The notes beneath the pieces are model-generated. The model made no database searches. It was not told the origin of the DNA and saw only the letters and a program-made list of their open reading frames with translations. A program made the translations under genes and the position numbers. From NCBI GenBank assembly GCA_041662585.1, contig JBAZSG010000005.1, forward strand, positions 4,181 through 68,180: a stretch of 64,000 nucleotides of DNA, written 5' to 3'. Each line of letters starts with the position of its first letter. Positions within the stretch are counted from its first letter, which is position 1. The stretch comes from Patescibacteria group bacterium. GTDB lineage: Bacteria > Patescibacteriota > Patescibacteriia > UBA1558 > GWA2-36-10. Shown piece by piece: positions 61,469 to 64,000 of the stretch.

Positions 61469-64000
61469 ATGAAGACTTTTGTGGTATTCCTAGTGGCGTT
61501 GATGTTTTTTAACATTAACCTTTTTGCTCAAACTGTTCCAGTAGCTGATGGTTTTCAGTTCCCACTTGAAAATTATACTGTCAATGATGGTTGTTTAGAG
61601 TGGGGAGGTACGAATGATTATTTCCCAGGAACACGTCATGTTGCCGATGATGAATGCTCATCAGAAACAACAGATGTATTTGCTACAACTAGAGGATTAG
61701 TTAGATATGCTCGTTTTCATAGAGCATGTGATGATCCCAATAATCCTGGTGGATGGGGATATATAATAATCATTGAATCACAAACTAATAGTGGTAATGT
61801 TTGTGTTATTTATGGGCATGTAAAGCCCACTGTTAATGAAGGAATGATTGTTGAAAGTGGCACCTTAATAGGAAAAATAGATGCTGGCGGATCTTGTTGG
61901 GCAGATCATATTCATTTTAGTATATATAAAGGAATGTATGGAACTACTAACGGAGTCTATCCATCCTGGTTAATGGGATATATGGATATTAACCTTTGGC
62001 CTGGCAATTATGTAGATCCCATTTGGTATGTAAATAACAATCCTCCAAGCTCATCCCCAGTCGGTTGTTTCAGCACCAATGACTGTAGCGGTCCTGTGTC
62101 ATTAGCTTTTCAACAAAAGTATAATGCTATGGCTGCTGCTGGTCATCCCTTGGGAGATCCGTGGGACAATGGTGGTTCCGTCTACGTCCATGAAGTAAAT
62201 GGTATGTATATCCAAGACTTCCAGGATCCTCGTGATCAAGGTGGTCCTAGCAATGGATATTACCATCCATATACGGCTTTAATTTATGATGCCACTACTG
62301 TTTCTACGGCTAATGTCCGTTTGCTTAAAGAAGGTTTTTGGGATACTTGGATGAATAATACTGGTTGGGTCAATTTTGGCTCACCGATAACAGATGAGTA
62401 TTCCAACGGTGGAGAAACTTGGCAAACTTTCCGTCGCTACGGTCTCAACTATTCTAGTAATCAGAGTGATTATGAGAATTTCTATTTTACTTGGAATTCA
62501 AACACTCAATTGCTAGAAGTTTTGGATAAAAACTATAATCCGGTAGATCTTTCACAATTGACCGTTACTACTGCTGATGTTTTTACTAGAGTCTTTAAAA
62601 GCGCTAGTTTAAATGATTCAACTTTAAATGAATATAAGCAGTATAATAGACTGGATTATAGTCTGAGTGATAGTCTGGGTGGCGGGTCACGGCTGGTGTC
62701 TGATACTAAGATCAGTATTGCCAAGGTGATGTCAACTACCACGGAGCCAGATGGTGTCTATCATTCTGGTCTAGCGGTCAGTAATCTTGGTCAACCTTTT
62801 CCTTTGGTCAATCAGCGTGATTATGAGAATTTTTACGCTGTGATTAATGGAAAAGTAATACTCATTGATCCATTCACTATGAATGGTGATATGACGATCT
62901 ATGTTGATGATTCTCCGCCGGAAGCTGATATTCAATTTAGTCACTGGACCATTTATCCTAATCCGGGAACAGTTGGTCAGCAGATACATGTAGAAGGACA
63001 GATATACAACCAAGGATCTTCGGCTGTTACTTTGTCGGAAGTAAGAGTTGAATTCTTGGCTCCAAATGGTGCCGAGATATATCATTGGTCTGAGTACAAT
63101 GTTACTTTAGATCCGGGATATTATTGGTATCAGTGGTTGTATTGTTATCCCTATATATCTGGTAATCACACCGCTCGTTTTAGGGGGTTCATAAACGGTC
63201 AGTGGCAGACTTATGCTACACAGACTGTTTATGTCCAGAATGATCCCAATGATCCGGTGTCAGCAGATTTTTCTGCCTCTCCTACTTTTGGGATTAGTCC
63301 ACTGGTTGTTCAATTTATTGATCAATCTTTGGGAGGACCCACTAGTTACGAATGGGACTTTGGTGATGGCACGTTTTCTTCTGATTCCAACCCCCTTAAA
63401 GTTTACAATGATTCGGGTTTTTACACTGTCAGTTTGACTGTTAGTGATGAGCAAAGCTCAGATACTCTGGTCAAAGTAAACTACATTTCTTTGTATGATT
63501 CGATAGACTCTTGTATAATCGGGTTATATGGTCTTCCTGGAAGAGGGTTCGGAATAGATGTTGTTGGCAATTACGCGTATATTGCCAGTTATGATGCGGG
63601 TCTTCAGATCATCGATGTCAGTAATCCGACTTCGCCAGTCATAGTTGGTTCAGTTGACACACCTGGCCTTGCTTGGGCAATAGACATTGTTGGTAACTAT
63701 GCTTATATTGCTGATTGTGGGGCAGGCTTTCATGTGATCGACATCAACAACCCAACTTCGCCAGTCATAGTTGGTTCAGTTGATACACCCGGTTCTGCAA
63801 AGGGAGTTGTTGTTTCTGGTAACCATGCCTATGTGGGGGATGAGACGTACGGTCTCCAGATCATTGACGTCAGCAACCCAACTTCTCCGGTGATAGTAGC
63901 TCATGTGAACACACCTACATATGTGATAGGAGTTTTTGTCTCTGGCAATTACGCATATATTACTGATGCCTATAACGGTCTCCAGATCATTGACGTCAGC
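61469..64000 (+). CDS. Large secreted protein: M23 peptidase, LGFP-like, Ig-like, PKD and LVIVD repeats (3' truncated; absent from ORF track)
   Basis: SD AAGGAG, signal peptide, 844 open codons; HVADD, YGH, HIHF, VDP; WDFGDG; GLQIIDVSNP repeats. Confidence 0.88.
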   Translation, partial: MKTFVVFLVALMFFNINLFAQTVPVADGFQFPLENYTVNDGCLEWGGTNDYFPGTRHVADDECSSETTDVFATTRGLVRYARFHRACDDPNNPGGWGYIIIIESQTNSGNVCVIYGHVKPTVNEGMIVESGTLIGKIDAGGSCWADHIHFSIYKGMYGTTNGVYPSWLMGYMDINLWPGNYVDPIWYVNNNPPSSSPVGCFSTNDCSGPVSLAFQQKYNAMAAAGHPLGDPWDNGGSVYVHEVNGMYIQDFQDPRDQGGPSNGYYHPYTALIYDATTVSTANVRLLKEGFWDTWMNNTGWVNFGSPITDEYSNGGETWQTFRRYGLNYSSNQSDYENFYFTWNSNTQLLEVLDKNYNPVDLSQLTVTTADVFTRVFKSASLNDSTLNEYKQYNRLDYSLSDSLGGGSRLVSDTKISIAKVMSTTTEPDGVYHSGLAVSNLGQPFPLVNQRDYENFYAVINGKVILIDPFTMNGDMTIYVDDSPPEADIQFSHWTIYPNPGTVGQQIHVEGQIYNQGSSAVTLSEVRVEFLAPNGAEIYHWSEYNVTLDPGYYWYQWLYCYPYISGNHTARFRGFINGQWQTYATQTVYVQNDPNDPVSADFSASPTFGISPLVVQFIDQSLGGPTSYEWDFGDGTFSSDSNPLKVYNDSGFYTVSLTVSDEQSSDTLVKVNYISLYDSIDSCIIGLYGLPGRGFGIDVVGNYAYIASYDAGLQIIDVSNPTSPVIVGSVDTPGLAWAIDIVGNYAYIADCGAGFHVIDINNPTSPVIVGSVDTPGSAKGVVVSGNHAYVGDETYGLQIIDVSNPTSPVIVAHVNTPTYVIGVFVSGNYAYITDAYNGLQIIDVS

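Overview
AT-rich bacterial chromosomal segment read with the standard code 11 (TAA, TAG and TGA all end genes, and RF1/prfA is present). The gene content points to a Patescibacteria/CPR (Parcubacteria-like) genome; this is inference from the type IV pilus cluster, the CPR-typical surface proteins and the scarcity of Shine-Dalgarno sites. Layout: a type IV pilus locus (pilB, receiver, degenerate pilT, pilC, pilins, pilD, minor pilins); ligA, gatCA, dsbA, lgt, tRNA-Asp; a large beta-helix surface protein; infC-rpmI-rplT, tmRNA-smpB; a dTTP supply operon; gatB, miaA/miaB, T-box-thrS, dnaE, rodA, rplY, prfA/prmC, rpmE, rpsB-tsf-pyrH, gap, cysS; then an accessory end (nucleotidyltransferase + radical SAM, NUDIX genes, and a large M23/PKD/LVIVD protein running off the window). 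Most notable observations: (1) a minor pilin ending in a Cys-knot and a Hint autoprocessing domain; (2) an orphan PemK/MazF gene faced by a promoter- and terminator-bounded ~50-nt convergent RNA; (3) an EamA transporter fused to riboflavin kinase; (4) a viperin-like CX5CX2C radical SAM paired with a nucleotidyltransferase; (5) a T-box with an ultrashort stem I; (6) an in-frame TAG in cysS; (7) several families of small palindromic elements. All calls were made by eye from motifs; no database searches were run.
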